Part shown: in pieces, positions 51,665 through 63,845 of the stretch
Position numbering within the stretch: the stretch's first letter is position 1
Layout of the letters: every line of letters begins with the position of its first letter
Assembly: GCA_950097015.1 (NCBI GenBank)
Contig: CATNEN010000025.1
Span: 3,224,001 to 3,288,000 of the forward strand
DNA: 64,000 nucleotides
Direction: 5' to 3'
DNA from: Macrostomum hystrix
Taxonomy: Eukaryota > Animalia > Platyhelminthes
Program-made: the position numbers and the translations under genes
Notes under the pieces: model-generated
What the model saw: only the letters and a program-made list of their open reading frames with translations
Databases searched by the model: none
What the model was told of the DNA's origin: nothing

Positions 51665-53391
51665 ATGGGTTGCGGCAGCAGCAGCAGCAGCAAAAGTAAC
51701 AATAACAGCCCGGCCGGTCACGGAACTGCTCCGGGCAGCGAGGTTCACCGGTCCGGCCATCACAAGATGCAGGACGCTGTAAAAGCTGGCGAAGATGCCA
51801 GATCGAGGCAGGACGAGATTCTGCTTCCGGCAGACAATGACAGCCCGCCGCAGGGCAGAAGAAGCCATCTGTCAAGCCGCGCCTCAGCCGTGCCCGACGC
51901 TGCCGATCATGACGACGCCTCCGACGCGGCCGCTGATGAAGCTGAAATCCGGGACGATGATGAAGAGAAGCTTGATACGCCTGTGTCGCAGCATCAGCAG
52001 CAGCAGCCTCTGCCAGCGCCTTTAAAAGCGGCCGAGGAGGTCAGCTCGATGGGCCAGAGCGCGGAGGTGGAAGACGCCGAGGCTGTGGACGCTGCGGCGA
52101 CGGCGTCGTCAGAGGCAGAAGCCCAAGCCCCGTATGAGGCGTGGCAGGAGCGCCTACTGGGCGAGCTGAACCGTCAGCGCATGCAGGTGTTCTCAGCCGA
52201 ACTGGCACGAGTCGACCTGCGTCGGGAGCTGTGTGCGATTGCGCAACGACTAGCCACCCGGCTGGCCGACCAGCGGGCCACGGTCGTCAGTCCGACCGTG
52301 GACGAGGCTGAGCAAAAACGGGTCAAGGCCGGCGCCGACTGCCACCTGATGCCAAGGGTGCTCACCCGAGAGGAGAGCCTGGACTGTGAGAGGGAATAAA
52401 TGGGGAAGACAAGAGAATGAAGGAGTAAGATTAAAATGATTCAAATTGCACAATACCCCCCAGTGAATCTCTACTTGGCTGGCCTGATGGCGGGAATGAA
52501 GGCGAAGGAGGAGGATCTGGTGGATCGCGAACTGCTGGAAGGATCAGGTGCGAGTAATCACACTCACAAACAAGCTTAATAATTGCAATAGTACTTGTCA
52601 GGCCACTGAGGTGAAACTCAGGTGACACCGCCTCATATGCTGACCTGAGCGCAGTCTTACACAGGTGTGTACATCTGCCCTGACTTTCTCATCGTCGGGC
52701 AGTGTACACTCTCACTGTGCCTTGGAGGTTGGCCCTCAAGGGCGAAAATTGCACGACAAGCCGCCAAGCCTTCTCCCTGCAACAGCGCGCCAAACCGATT
52801 CGAGCTAAGAGCTCACGATTTTGCTAGGTTCCCATAATGTGTCTGGATTTGAAGACTGCAACTGTGCCGGTTCTGCACAAGATTGATCGCTCACATGGCA
52901 GTGAATGATGACGCACGTCAGATGATAGATTACTTTAAAGTCGTAAAAAACTGACTTCTAAATTTCTTGTCCACTTAGACGCCGCCTTATGGACGCTCAA
53001 CGGTAGCTTCGGCTGCGCCCGCGCCACCTTCGAGATCGTGGAATCGACGATGGAGACTGAAGAAACGCAGGCAGTATCTTCTACGGAGGACTGTAGGCAG
53101 GATTTCGTGGTCCTCGTTTTAGCCTTTTGCCCGCAGGACCGCTTGGAGTCTCTCGCTGCTGCGGCCGACAATGCGGAAGAGGACAGCGAGGCGGCTGCGG
53201 CGACTTCGAAGACACCGACGGTTAATTCGACGACGGAGGAGCCAGAGAAAGATGTCGAAGTTGTTCGGCCTGCAGCAGAATCGCAGCAGCTGGAACCGCA
53301 ACTGGAACCGAATTTGGAACAGGATTTGGAACATTATACCACGCCGGAAGTGGAGGCGTTGCAGCAGGCCGGCGAGGAAGCCAGCTGCTGA
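51665..53391 (+). CDS. Uncharacterised protein with N-terminal MGCGSSS acylation motif; exons 51665-52385, 52464-52547, 52979-53391
   Basis: Gly2/Cys3 start. GT-AG phase-1 junctions give a continuous frame (REESLD|LNLYLAGLMAG...LLEGS|DAALWTLNGSFGCARATFEIVEST). Acidic disordered ends surround a helical core. A possible in-frame 63-nt intron exists in exon 3. Confidence 0.75.
52625..52830 (-). mobile_element. SINE family A fragment in intron 2 of the orphan gene
   Basis: Shares GTGTGTACATCTGCCCT.ACTTTCTCATCGTC...AAAATTGCACGACAAGCC with 58030-58330. Confidence 0.7.
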
Positions 53392-53719
53392 ATATCGAGA
53401 GCGTTCGAAGCTATTTTGAGTATCCGACTGTGCTTGATTGACAAGGCTTCAAATTCACATTTCTAATGTACTTGACGATAAATCTGATTATAAATTTCCA
53501 AAAATAACAGTTTTGTTATTTCTTGTAGGATTTAACCATAGATTTGAGACAAGCGCTTATCTTATTCACAATATGCCACGTAGAACTTGCTCATTGACTG
53601 TACAGTTGTTGCACGGTGTGTGCAAGACGTACATAAGTGTCCCATTTAACATGAATGTCCTGTGAATAAAGTGGCTCAAAATTGGCTTTAAATTAATGTG
53701 AACATGTCAGCTTGTATTC

Positions 53720-53812
53720 AAATACTGTGTACCGCTGTTCAGTCCATGGACTGTGGGGACGCCACACCCGCCCTCAATTACCCCAGCTAATGCTGGAACC
53801 CATTTAACAGCT
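53720..53812 (-). mobile_element. SINE family B internal fragment
   Basis: Reverse complement of 62870-62950 (GCTGTTAAATGGTT...CAGCTGGGGTAATTGAGGG...GTCCATGGACTGAACAGC). Confidence 0.7.
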
Positions 53813-53975
53813 CGATAATCCATCAGATGGTCAATAATCGATAATCCATCGATAATCCAATAAGATGCTCAATAATCGATAATCCTATCAAATGCTCAAT
53901 AGTCGATAATCAATCAGATGCTCAAAAATCAATAATCCTATCAGATGGTCAATAATCGATAATCCATCAGATGCT
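53812..53975. repeat. Degenerate minisatellite (AATAATCGATAATCCATCAGATGCTC-like)
   Basis: Several tandem units. Confidence 0.8.
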
Positions 53976-54954
53976 CAACAATGGTAATCTTTTAAGTGTC
54001 TCATAATCTATAATCCTTACTGTAGCCTAGAATCGTGTCGCAAAGGACTTCAAGAATATTGGTAGCTGTATGCGATTGTAATAAAGCTGTGCAAATCAAG
54101 GCATGCTATCTACTGTTACTCGAACAAACATTATATTTGACATCAATTGTTATGCTAATCAGCATAGAGATAAGGTTTAACAGAGAGGCGGCACAGCTCC
54201 AAATTGATATCAACAGTAGATAGCAGCGAATATAACAAAACAAAAACATGCTCAGAGTAAAAGTTATATTAGTAAAAAAGATTTTTAATAAAGAAAAAGT
54301 AATTATTAATTTTGACAAAAGAAAAATGTAAATCTAGCAATATTTCAGAATGGTGATGGAAAATAAAAGCAAAGCAAAACTTGACATCAATAATCTGAAT
54401 TGACTACTTCAACTGTCAGGTCGTCAGTAGTACATACGAGAATGCAATTTAGAAGAAAAGAGAATAATCTACTGAGAATCTATCGTAATCACTGCACAGT
54501 TTGAAGCACACTGCATCAAATTAGTAGTTTAGCGTTAAAAAACATTGTTAAATACGAGGTCAATGAGATTTAGTTTCCCAAGAAAAAACTTTCCTTTTTT
54601 ATCCACTATGTGTAATATTCCAATCTAACACGTGTGCTCGGAATGTATGCTAGCTGTGCCTAGAACCGCGTGCATTGGCCCAACTAATTATCTGCCTGCG
54701 ATATGTACATCGATATGCCAATCGATAGTTGCACCACCCCCCCGGTTTGCTCAAATAAAAAGACGCATGCTTGGCCAGCTGGGGCCTTCTTCGCACCACA
54801 CTAAACTACTCTCGTGCGGACTTCATACTTTACACTATGATTAATAAAAACCAAATAACCAATTTAGGGACACTTCTACATGGCGAGGAAAAAATAGTGT
54901 ACTTGCACTTGTGGGATATTTCAATTTATTAGGGGATAATAATGGGACTAAATT

Positions 54955-55875
54955 ATTGGGATATTTCTACCAGGTGGGGAGATAAGATTGCGATCACATT
55001 TTGGGAGATTTCTACCAGGTGGGGAGATAAGATTGCAATCCCATTTTGGGATATTTCTACCACGTGGGGGAGATAAGATTGCAATCCCATTTTGGGAGAT
55101 TTCTACCAGGTGGGGAGATAAGATTGCAATGCCATTATTGGGAGATTTCTACCAGGTGGGAGATAAGATTGCAATCGCATTATTGGGATATTTCTACCAG
55201 GTGGGGGAGATAAGATTGCAATCCCATTTTGGGATATTTCTACCACGTGGGGGAGATAAGATTGCAATCCCATTTTGGGATATTTCTACCAGGTGGGGGA
55301 GATAAGATTGCAATCCCATTTTGGGAGATTTCTACCAGGTGGGGAGATAAGATTGCAATGCCATTATTGGGAGATTTCTACCAGGTGGGAGATAAGATTG
55401 CAATCGCATTATTGGGATATTTCTACCAGGTGGGGGAGATAAGATTGCAATCCCATTTTGGGATATTTCTACCACGTGGGGGAGATAAGATTGCAATCCC
55501 ATTTTGGGAGATTTCTACCAGGTGGGGGAGATAAGATTGCAATCGCATTATTGGGATATTTCTACCAGGTGGGGAGATAAGATTGCAATCCCATTTTGGG
55601 ATATTTCTACCACGTGGGGAAGATAAGATTGCAATCCCATTATTGGGATATTTCTACCACGTGGGGGAGATAAGATTGCAATCCCATTATTGGGAGATTT
55701 CTACCAGGTGGGGGAGATAAGATTGCAATCCCATTATTGGGAGATTTCTACCAGGTGAGGGAGATAAGATTGCAATCCCATTATTGGGAGATTTCTACCA
55801 GGTGGTGGAGATAAGATTGCGATCCCATTTTGGGATATCTACCAGGTGGGGGAGATAAGATTGCGATCCCATTTG
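54955..55875. repeat. About 45-47-bp minisatellite (GGGAGATAAGATTGCAATCCCATTTTGGGATATTTCTACCAGGTGG)
   Basis: Tandem units. Confidence 0.95.
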
Positions 55876-56171
55876 GGATAATTCATCGTACAGATTTCAG
55901 GTTGCAGCAGCTAAAGGAAACACAGACAATGTCAGTAAAGATAACAGCACAAAACGGACGCATTAAGTTTGTCAGTATAAAAATACTGCGGATTTCAGCT
56001 GAATTCAGCTAATTTACAGTGCTGACGTGTGCAGAAAAATAAAATAACAAAGAATTAACGAACAAACTTAGTGCAGCTGATTTTGTTAAAACTAACTGAA
56101 TCTGGTTAAAAAAAATTAGCGTACCAAGAAGAAGAAACTAAGTAAACTAGAAGAAATTCATCCGTTATTGC

Positions 56172-59100
56172 TCAGGCGTTGGTGCCAGTTTGGCCCTTCT
56201 GCAGCGGTCGCTTAAATATCCAACAGTCTTCGTCTTCATCTCTGACAAAATATTTCACCGGAAATTGGATGCCGCGCTCGCGTCTCAGCTTCTCGCAGTG
56301 GCGCTGCCGCTCCTCCAACTGGGGAATGGCGGGCGGGTGGAGCATGGCTGTGCGCTTTTTAGATTGCAAAGTACATTGAGAAATACATTAGAATGGGAGG
56401 GAGAGCAAAAAAGAAAATGGGGGCAAGAAGTAGAGGGGAGAGCGCTTGAAGAAGAGTTGAACTCGGAAGAAGAAGAGGGGAGAGCGGAAGAAGAAGAGAG
56501 GAGAGCGGGAGAAGTAGAGAGGAGAGCGGTTGAAGAAGAGGGGAGAGCGGTTGAAGAAGAGGGGAGAGCGGTTGAAGAAGAGGGGAGAGCGGTTGAAGAG
56601 AGGAGAGCGGTTGAAGAAGAGAGGAGAGCGGTTGAAGAAGAGGGGAGAGCGGTTGAAGAAGAGGGGAGAGCGGTTGAAGAAGAGGGGAGAGCGGTTGAAG
56701 AAGAGGGGAGAGCGGTTGAAGAAGAGGGGAGAGCGGTTGAAGAAGAGGGGAGAGCGGTTGAAGAAGAGGGGAGAGCGGTTGAAGAGAGGAGAGCGGTTGA
56801 AGAAGAGGGGAGAGCGGTTGAAGAAGAGGGGAGAGCGGTTGAAGAAGAGGGGAGAGCGGAAGAAGAAGAGGGGAGAGCGGTTGAAGAAGAGGGGAGAGCG
56901 GAAGAAGAAGAGGGGAGAGTGGTTGAGAGCAGAGCGGAAGAAGAAGATGGTAGAGTGGAGAGCGGAGTGATAAGAGAATCAAAGCAGTAAGTTCGCAGCC
57001 ACTCACTTTTCTTTTCTCTTCAGTGGCTCTCTGAATGTCGTTGGTGCGCAGAGCTTCGGTAACGGGTGCCCAGAGTCGGCGTGATTCGAAAGCCCGTTGC
57101 AGGCCAAGCGGACAGACTAGTTTGGGAGCAGTTGGCAGGAAGCTGACATCCACCAGGCGCTTGTCTCTGGGCACATCCGCCGCAGGCTGATAGTCGAACT
57201 CCAACTGGCCGTTCCACTCGCCGGAGACTCGGCAGACAACGGCGCCGGACGGGTTTCGAACCTCGGCGCTAATCCGATGCAGCCGGCCGCCGTAGAATGG
57301 CTTAGTGTGAAAAAGCACGGAGGCATTGTAGCGAGTTTTCGGGCAGCTGATGGTGACCTTGTCGCCCAGCTCCACCCAGGGCACGGTGAGAATGGACCTG
57401 GCGTAGGCGCTAGGCAGGGTGATGTTGTAGGTCTCGTCGTGTCGCAGCAGGTTCAGCTGGAGGCGGCCAATCATGTTAACGCCTATACTCATGCCCATGA
57501 ATTTGCTCTTGGTGTAGATGCTGGCGTTAAGCCACAATTGCTTCTGCGGACACTCCAGGTAGAAGGCGGTCACTGGCGGATGATGCGACACCTGCTCGGC
57601 GGTGTACACGATTGCGCAGTCGTCGCCGCCACTGTCGGTTGGCAGTCGCCAGGAGCAGTGGAAGGTCTCGCCAATCAGCGGGTTGTACGGCTTCTTGGCG
57701 GTGGCTCCCTGGATTTGATTTTACACGGAATCAGAGCGAATGCAATGAGGATTTAGAGTTTTCCTATTTATGAATCTTTTATTAAGGATCCCATCCAGGG
57801 ATTTTTAACTAGCATTTAGTTATCCCTTACAAATTTAGGCATTATTTAATAACGATTAAAGTGCTCTCGTTAACGGATTTTTGTGAGAATTTATAATTAT
57901 CGAATATTACGGATTTCAAATTATCCCAAAATCCTGTATTATCCAATGAGGATTTCGTGTTTTTCGATACAAGGATCATTTATTAAAAGGTTTGCATTTG
58001 CAGGAGGGCTGTGGGCCATGGCACACCATTTGGTGACACTAGACCCGCAGCCAGCGAGGAGGCAATTCTGCCAATTCAACTGACTCCTGAGCACACACGT
58101 ACTCAGATACTGTACAACAGGCACACGCTCACACAGAGTGTGTACATCTGCCCTCACTTTCTCATCGTCACTGCGCATTGGAGGTTGGACCTCAGGGGGA
58201 GAAAATTGCACGACAAGCCCTCAAGCCTTCTCTCGGCGGCTGCGCGCCAAATGAATGTGGCCTCGCCGCGGAATCGAACTCAGGGACCTTGGCTCGAGAG
58301 CCAAACGAATTAAACCACTTGCTACTCAACACATTATTGAAGCTAGATAACTATTAATGCTATTAAGCATTAGAAATCAAAAAAATGTCCTTTATTCAAG
58401 TTAAATTCAGTTTTAATTCACCTTTTAAACTAGCCTATCAATAGCTTAGTTCAATGGCGCAAACGGACCTTGAAATGAAAATAAATTTGAATTCAAACAA
58501 TCGGGACTCACCCGCCTACCGCCGTGAAAGCCAGTCAGGTACCATTCCAGCACGCCAATGATGCGAGACTCGGGGTCAGGCTGATCGGCTGCTTTTAGCA
58601 GGCAGCTGGGATGGAGCATGAAATCTGAGAACATTTCTAATAGGGAACGCCTCTCCAAGATGAAGGTTGGCAGCACCACCCTGGTCAAGTCCATGCCCAG
58701 CTTCAGCTGCTGAAGCAGGTGCAGGATCACAGACTTGTGCTCCTCCTGCTGATCCTGCTGCTGCTGCTCGGGACTATCAGACTCAGACGTGTCCGGCTCG
58801 TCATCCTGATGAGGCACGGGCATAGCCGGATTCTCCAGCATCTCCACTAGGGGCACAATCGCCGCGAATGATATTGAGTCGCTGGAATAAATTTGTTTAA
58901 ATGGCGACTTTTAGAAATGGTAAATTTACTTTTAAACTATTTTAAATTACCCTCAAAGATTACTGCGGGCATTGAAGGATTACTGCGGGCTTTGAAGGAT
59001 TACTGCGGGCTTTGAAGGATTACTGCGGGCTTTGAAGGATTACTGCGGGCTTTGAAGGATTACTGCGGGCTTGGAAGGATTACTGCGGGCTTTGAAGGAT

Positions 59101-62100
59101 TACTGCGGGCTTGGAAGGATTACTGCTGGCTTTGAAGGATTACTGCGGGCTTTGAAGGATTACTGCGGGCTTGGAAGGATTACTGCGGGCTTTGAAGGAT
59201 TGCTGCGGGCTTGGAAGGATTGCTGCGGGCTTTAAAGGATTACTGCGGGCTTGGAAGGATTACTGCGGGCTCTGAAGCATAAATGCACGCCCGCAAGAAA
59301 CAAAGAGATCCCTGAAGAATCACAGAGATCCCTGAAGAATCACCCAAGATTCACCTTTAATTCTTCACATGAAGAATCATCCCTGAAGGACCCACTAAAG
59401 GTGAATATTTGCACACTGAACTTACCCAACAATAGCATTGCTAGAGGCTGCACCGTGGTGTTGCATATTACAAAGTTGAGACTGCGAGGAGGCAGACAGG
59501 CCAACGATGGATACAGGCGCTGCTGCAGAGCCTGTAGCGGCCTGTGACTGAAATAAATGCGAAAATTTGCTTTTCTTGTTTCACCAAGGCTCAGCAAATC
59601 AGTATCAGACCCTCCTGACTTTAATGTCATGCGCAGAAATCACAAATATTCTACGAGTATAATAAATTCAATTAATCAACTCAACGAGTGAATAACAAAT
59701 CACGTTCCTAAATAAAAGAACAGGGTAGGGTGGCATTGTAGCTCGTATGCATTGAATTTCTTAGAAACCCACCCTGACAAGCGGCAGCAGGTCGAAGCAG
59801 GCCTCTAGTGAGCGCAGTGCCCCAGCCGCCGTGCCTCTCGCCGTCAGCAGATCTTTGTCTAAATAGTTCGGCGCGATACTCGCCTGCGGCGGAAGTTCGG
59901 CGGAAGCGGAGGCGGCCGCATCTTCGCCGACTTCTATGCTGCTGTCGCCAACGCAGTTGGCTTCGGCCTGCTCGGTGACAGCGTCGGCGTTGGGCTCGGA
60001 GACGTCATCGCCGTCGCCGTCGGCATCGGGATTGCTGCCGGCGCTGTGCAGACTAAAATCTTCGCCACCGAGGCTGCCACCGCCGCGTCGTTCATTTGAG
60101 ACGCCAAACAATGACGAAGCTGGCGGATGCGGTGGATGCGGCGGCGGAGGCAGAGCGGCAACCAGATCGTCAAAAACGGCGACGGCGTCCCGCAGAGATG
60201 CCAGAAGGCCGTCTGGACTGGGGAATCCGACGCAGCCGCCACCGCTGGAGACACCGTTTAGTAGATCATACTGCTGTTGATGCCGATGTTCGTACTGCGA
60301 TGTCAGCGGAGGTGGAGGTGGCGGCGGTGGCTGCTGCGGCTGGGAATGATGCGGAGCTGTGTTCAGCGAGGCTGGCGGATGTTGCGTCGACGCCGAAGAT
60401 TCTGGTGCTGCGGCGGCGGCGACGGAGGCAACAGCGATGGCACCGGCCGAGGAGGAAGCAGATCCGGAGGAGGAGCGGCCGGGACAGCTGTAGATGTCCG
60501 GCAGAGACACCGGGTTGTACTGGGCATTTACGGGGCGAGGGAGTGATGAATTTAACTGAGAGAAATGCTGTGTTGCTTTAACAATATTTGTTGAGCCTAA
60601 CACGGTTTTCGACTGGTTATTAACTGTGCCCAACAGTGTTCTACATAATAATAATAGTTATAATAATTGATTACACATGCCCCAATTGTCCCAGATGTGC
60701 AGCTGACAGCACAGCCGCAGCCATTGCGCGGCGCATCTAAAGCCTGCATACGACTGTTCGGTTCATGGTCTGGGGGTCTGCTGGCACCCGTTTTACAGCT
60801 GGGTGAACTGAAGCAACGCAGCGTTAAGTATTTTGCCAGAGGACACAAATTGTTCAGTGGAGTCGGGAATCGAACCCCCGACCCCGTGAGTTCAACACTC
60901 TAACCACAATGCTATACAATATTTTGCAGTTGTTTTATGCATTGTATTATAATTTTATATGCATAATTAACCACATCACCATATCCATAATTAGCCTAAC
61001 ACTAAAAATTAAGCATGTGTGGGTGAAAGTCTTTCGCACTACTAACAGTAGAGGTACAGCACCAAAATTCTCAAATATATTGCTAATTGTTTAAAGCTCA
61101 CATAAACTGCGCATGCTCTAGCATATGTCGATAAGCGATCCTAAAACGGCACAGATGCTTTTAGGATAGCAGAACATAAAATTTGAGCAGCATAACACAA
61201 ATGGGAAGGAGTTTGGAAGCACAAAAGGCTGCACAATGTACCTACCGGATAAAATCTGAACATCAGTTTTTTTAAGGACCGTTGGTTTAATTTAAAGACA
61301 ATCAATGCGAGAACAGAAAAAATAGCTCGTATATTGGATTCCTAGAAAACGACCATTCTGTCTATAAAACAAATATCACTAATGCCTCATATTTTACATA
61401 TTATAGATTTCCACAAAAAACAATAAATAAACTTACCGAGCCCAATATTTTGCACTGCTCGGAGAAGTACTGAGCAATGGCTCGTATTCTATCAACCCAA
61501 TATTGCCGCTCGCGCGCGTCAGTGGCTGCGGGTGCAGTGTGAGATGTACTCAATCTATTTCATTTAAACAGTACGTCCAGCTGTCAATCTACTCAGTTAA
61601 AACAGTAGGTTTAGCTGTCAATCTACTCAGTTAAAACAGTATAGGTTTAGCTGTCAATCTACTCAGTTAAAACAGTATAGGTTTAGCTGTCAATCTACTC
61701 AGTTAAAACAGTAGGTTTAGCTGTCAATCTACTCAGTTAAAACAGTAGGTTTAGCTGTCAATCTAATCAGTTAAAACAGTATAGGTTTAGCTGTCAATCT
61801 ACTCAGTTAAAACAGTATAGGTTTAGCTGTCAATCTAATCAGTTAAAACAGTATAGGTTTAGCTGTCAATCTAATCAGTTAAAACAGTATAGGTTTAGCT
61901 GTCAATCTACTCAGTTAAAACAGTATAGGTTTAGCTGTCAATCTACTCAGTTAAAACAGTAGGTTTAGCTGTCAATCTAATCAGTTAAAACAGTAGGTTT
62001 AGCTGTCAATCTAATCAGTTAAAACAGTATAAAACAGTCTTTCGAGCTTGCTTGCCGCAGCCAATCACGCTGAATGCACGCACACAAGCCCTGAGGTTTA

Positions 62101-63545
62101 GCTGTCAATCTACTCAGTTAAAACAGTATAGGTTTAGTTGTCAATCTACTCAGTTAAAACAGTATAGGTTTAGTTGTCAATCTACTCAGTTAAAACAGTA
62201 TAGGTTTAGTTGTCAATCTACTCAGTTAAAACAGTAGGTTTAGTTGTCAATCTACTCAGTTAAAACAGTATAGGTTTAGCTGTCAATCTACTCAATTTAA
62301 ACAGTAGGTCCAGCTGTCAATCTACTCAATTTAAGCAGTATGTCCAGCTGTCAATCTTCTCAATTTAAACAGTAGGTTAGCTGTCAATCTACCCAATTTA
62401 AACAGTAGGTTTAGCTGTCAATCTACTCAGTTAAAACAGTAGGTTTAGCTGTCAATCTACTCAATTTAAACAGTAGGTTTAGCTGTCAATCTACTCAATT
62501 TAAGCAGTAGGTTTAGCTGTCAATCAACTTAATTATAATAAACAAACAAAAAATGGATAGATACATAGGAAACGACACCTAGCTGAGTTAAGCCAGATGT
62601 GCTGCCAGTGCCCCAGCTGCAGCTATTGCACAGTGCCTCCAATGTCTATGTTCAGCTGTTCAGTCCATGGACAGGGGAAGCCGCCAGATCCACCCAAGAG
62701 CAGGGTGAACTAAGCAATGGGTAATGAATTGTCCTGCTCCGGGACACAAATTTTCTCTTTTGTGTTGAGAATCGAACTCCCGACGTCTCGGTCAGGCGAC
62801 CGAAGCTGTTATCACTCGGCTAGGTCGGGGGTTCGATTCCCTACTCCACTGAAACCATGTGAGTCCTTTAGCTGTTAAATGGTTATCAACATCAGCTGGG
62901 GTAATTGAGGGTGTGTGTGGCATCCCCCAGTCCATGGACTGAACAGCAGTACGTAGCCTTCAAATGCGCCACGCTATAGCTGCGGCTGTGCTGTCGACTG
63001 CACATCGGGTCCAAGTGGGACAGGTCAAATAATTAGTTTTTTACATCTAGTTATAAAGCCCACACCAAATAACAAAACAAAAAGAGTTCAATCTCACCTT
63101 TTACTCGAAATACTTCGCCATTGTTGGCATTAACGCTAAAAGTGCACGAGTCGTCTTCGCTAGGCGCCACCGTGGCGAACTGTTAAATAAAACAAATATC
63201 GTGAAACTATTTAACAATAACAAGAAGCTATTATTTTAGAAAAATATTTCAAAGCCGAGCTTACCGTTAATTGCAATTCACCTCTTGGTCGCTGGCCCTG
63301 AAGTTTGTACTCTTCTTTCTAAAAAAATGAGCAGACCCTTGAACACTAATTAGTATAAAGAAATTTTGGTAGCAGGATGAAAAGCATAAGCTGGTGATAA
63401 ATGGCTTGCCTCAAAATATTCTAGTGCTCCAGTGTCGGCATTTAGCACAAACCATCTTGGTTGGAAGCCTTTGACGACGTTGGTGAACTTTAATAGTACA
63501 CCTTCCACAGTCTGCCTAGCAGTGAGGAGTTGGGTTAGAAGTTTC
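56172..63545 (-). CDS. Oxysterol-binding protein-related protein, PH + ORD (ORP9/10/11-like); exons 63545-63410, 63318-63265, 63179-63098, 61525-61437, 60555-59773, 59547-59426, 58881-58512, 57708-57007, 56318-56172; start codon not located
   Basis: PH domain: [21 protein letters not shown]...RPRGELQL...[36 protein letters not shown]: [36 protein letters not shown], signature [14 protein letters not shown]. All splice phases match; the first intron identified is GC-AG. Confidence 0.95.
56440..56965. repeat. 21-bp purine-rich minisatellite (GAAGAAGAGGGGAGAGCGGTT) in the last OSBP-gene intron
   Basis: Tandem units. Confidence 0.95.
58030..58330 (-). mobile_element. tRNA-derived SINE, family A, longest copy (OSBP-gene intron)
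   Basis: Minus-strand head with B box GAGTTCGATTCC; homologous to 45285-45475 and 52625-52830. Confidence 0.75.
58962..59277. repeat. 20-bp intronic minisatellite (GAAGGATTACTGCGGGCTTT)
   Basis: Tandem units. Confidence 0.95.
60680..60915 (-). mobile_element. tRNA-derived SINE, family B, with a CORE-like central segment
   Basis: Minus strand: TAGCATTGTGG (A box), GGTTCGATTCC (B box), then TGTGTCCTCTGGCAAAATACTTAAC...CAGCTGTAAAACGGGT, which resembles a CORE-type domain. Confidence 0.75.
61571..62530. repeat. 32/34-bp intronic minisatellite (GTTTAGCTGTCAATCTACTCAGTTAAAACAGTA(TA)G), interrupted at about 62035-62095
   Basis: Tandem units. Confidence 0.95.
62595..62822 (-). mobile_element. SINE family B copy (minus strand)
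   Basis: Minus-strand B box GAGTTCGATTC; body similar to 60680-60915. Confidence 0.7.
62823..63030 (+). mobile_element. SINE family B copy (plus strand, A box missing)
   Basis: GGTCGGGGGTTCGATTCCC.ACTCCACTGAA head and GCTGCGGCTGTGCTGTC.ACTGCACATC tail match the reverse complement of 60680-60915. Confidence 0.75.
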
Positions 63546-63754
63546 CTGTTTATAAACTAGCCATGTAAGAAAACTAATATGACCTTGAGAATTGCAACAT
63601 GTTATCATGAAACATCAATTCACTACATTAGAGCCGTCATGTGACCGTTTCAAGGTCAAATAGCGACTTCAGCGGGGCAAACCTTAACCAGGGAAGACGT
63701 CACGTGATGGCTTCAAGGTCAAATAGCGAATCAAACATGACCAAACCTCTATAA

Positions 63755-63845
63755 CAGGGGTCGGCAAACTCCGGCCCGCGGGCCAGATGCCGCCCTCGAA
63801 GCTCCCAAATCCGGCCCGTTGCCCCTTCTGACATTTGCAGTGTCC
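63755..63845 (+). mobile_element. 5' end of a hAT (Charlie-like) non-autonomous element
   Basis: CAGGGGTCGGCAAACTCCGGCCCGCGGGCC terminus, preceded by CTCTATAA, which resembles the NTCTAGAN target consensus. The other end is not seen. Confidence 0.65.

Noticed and set aside
56190-56990. Plus-strand Glu/Arg-rich ORFs ([14 protein letters not shown])
   Set aside because: Translation of the 21-bp intronic array antisense to the OSBP-related gene.
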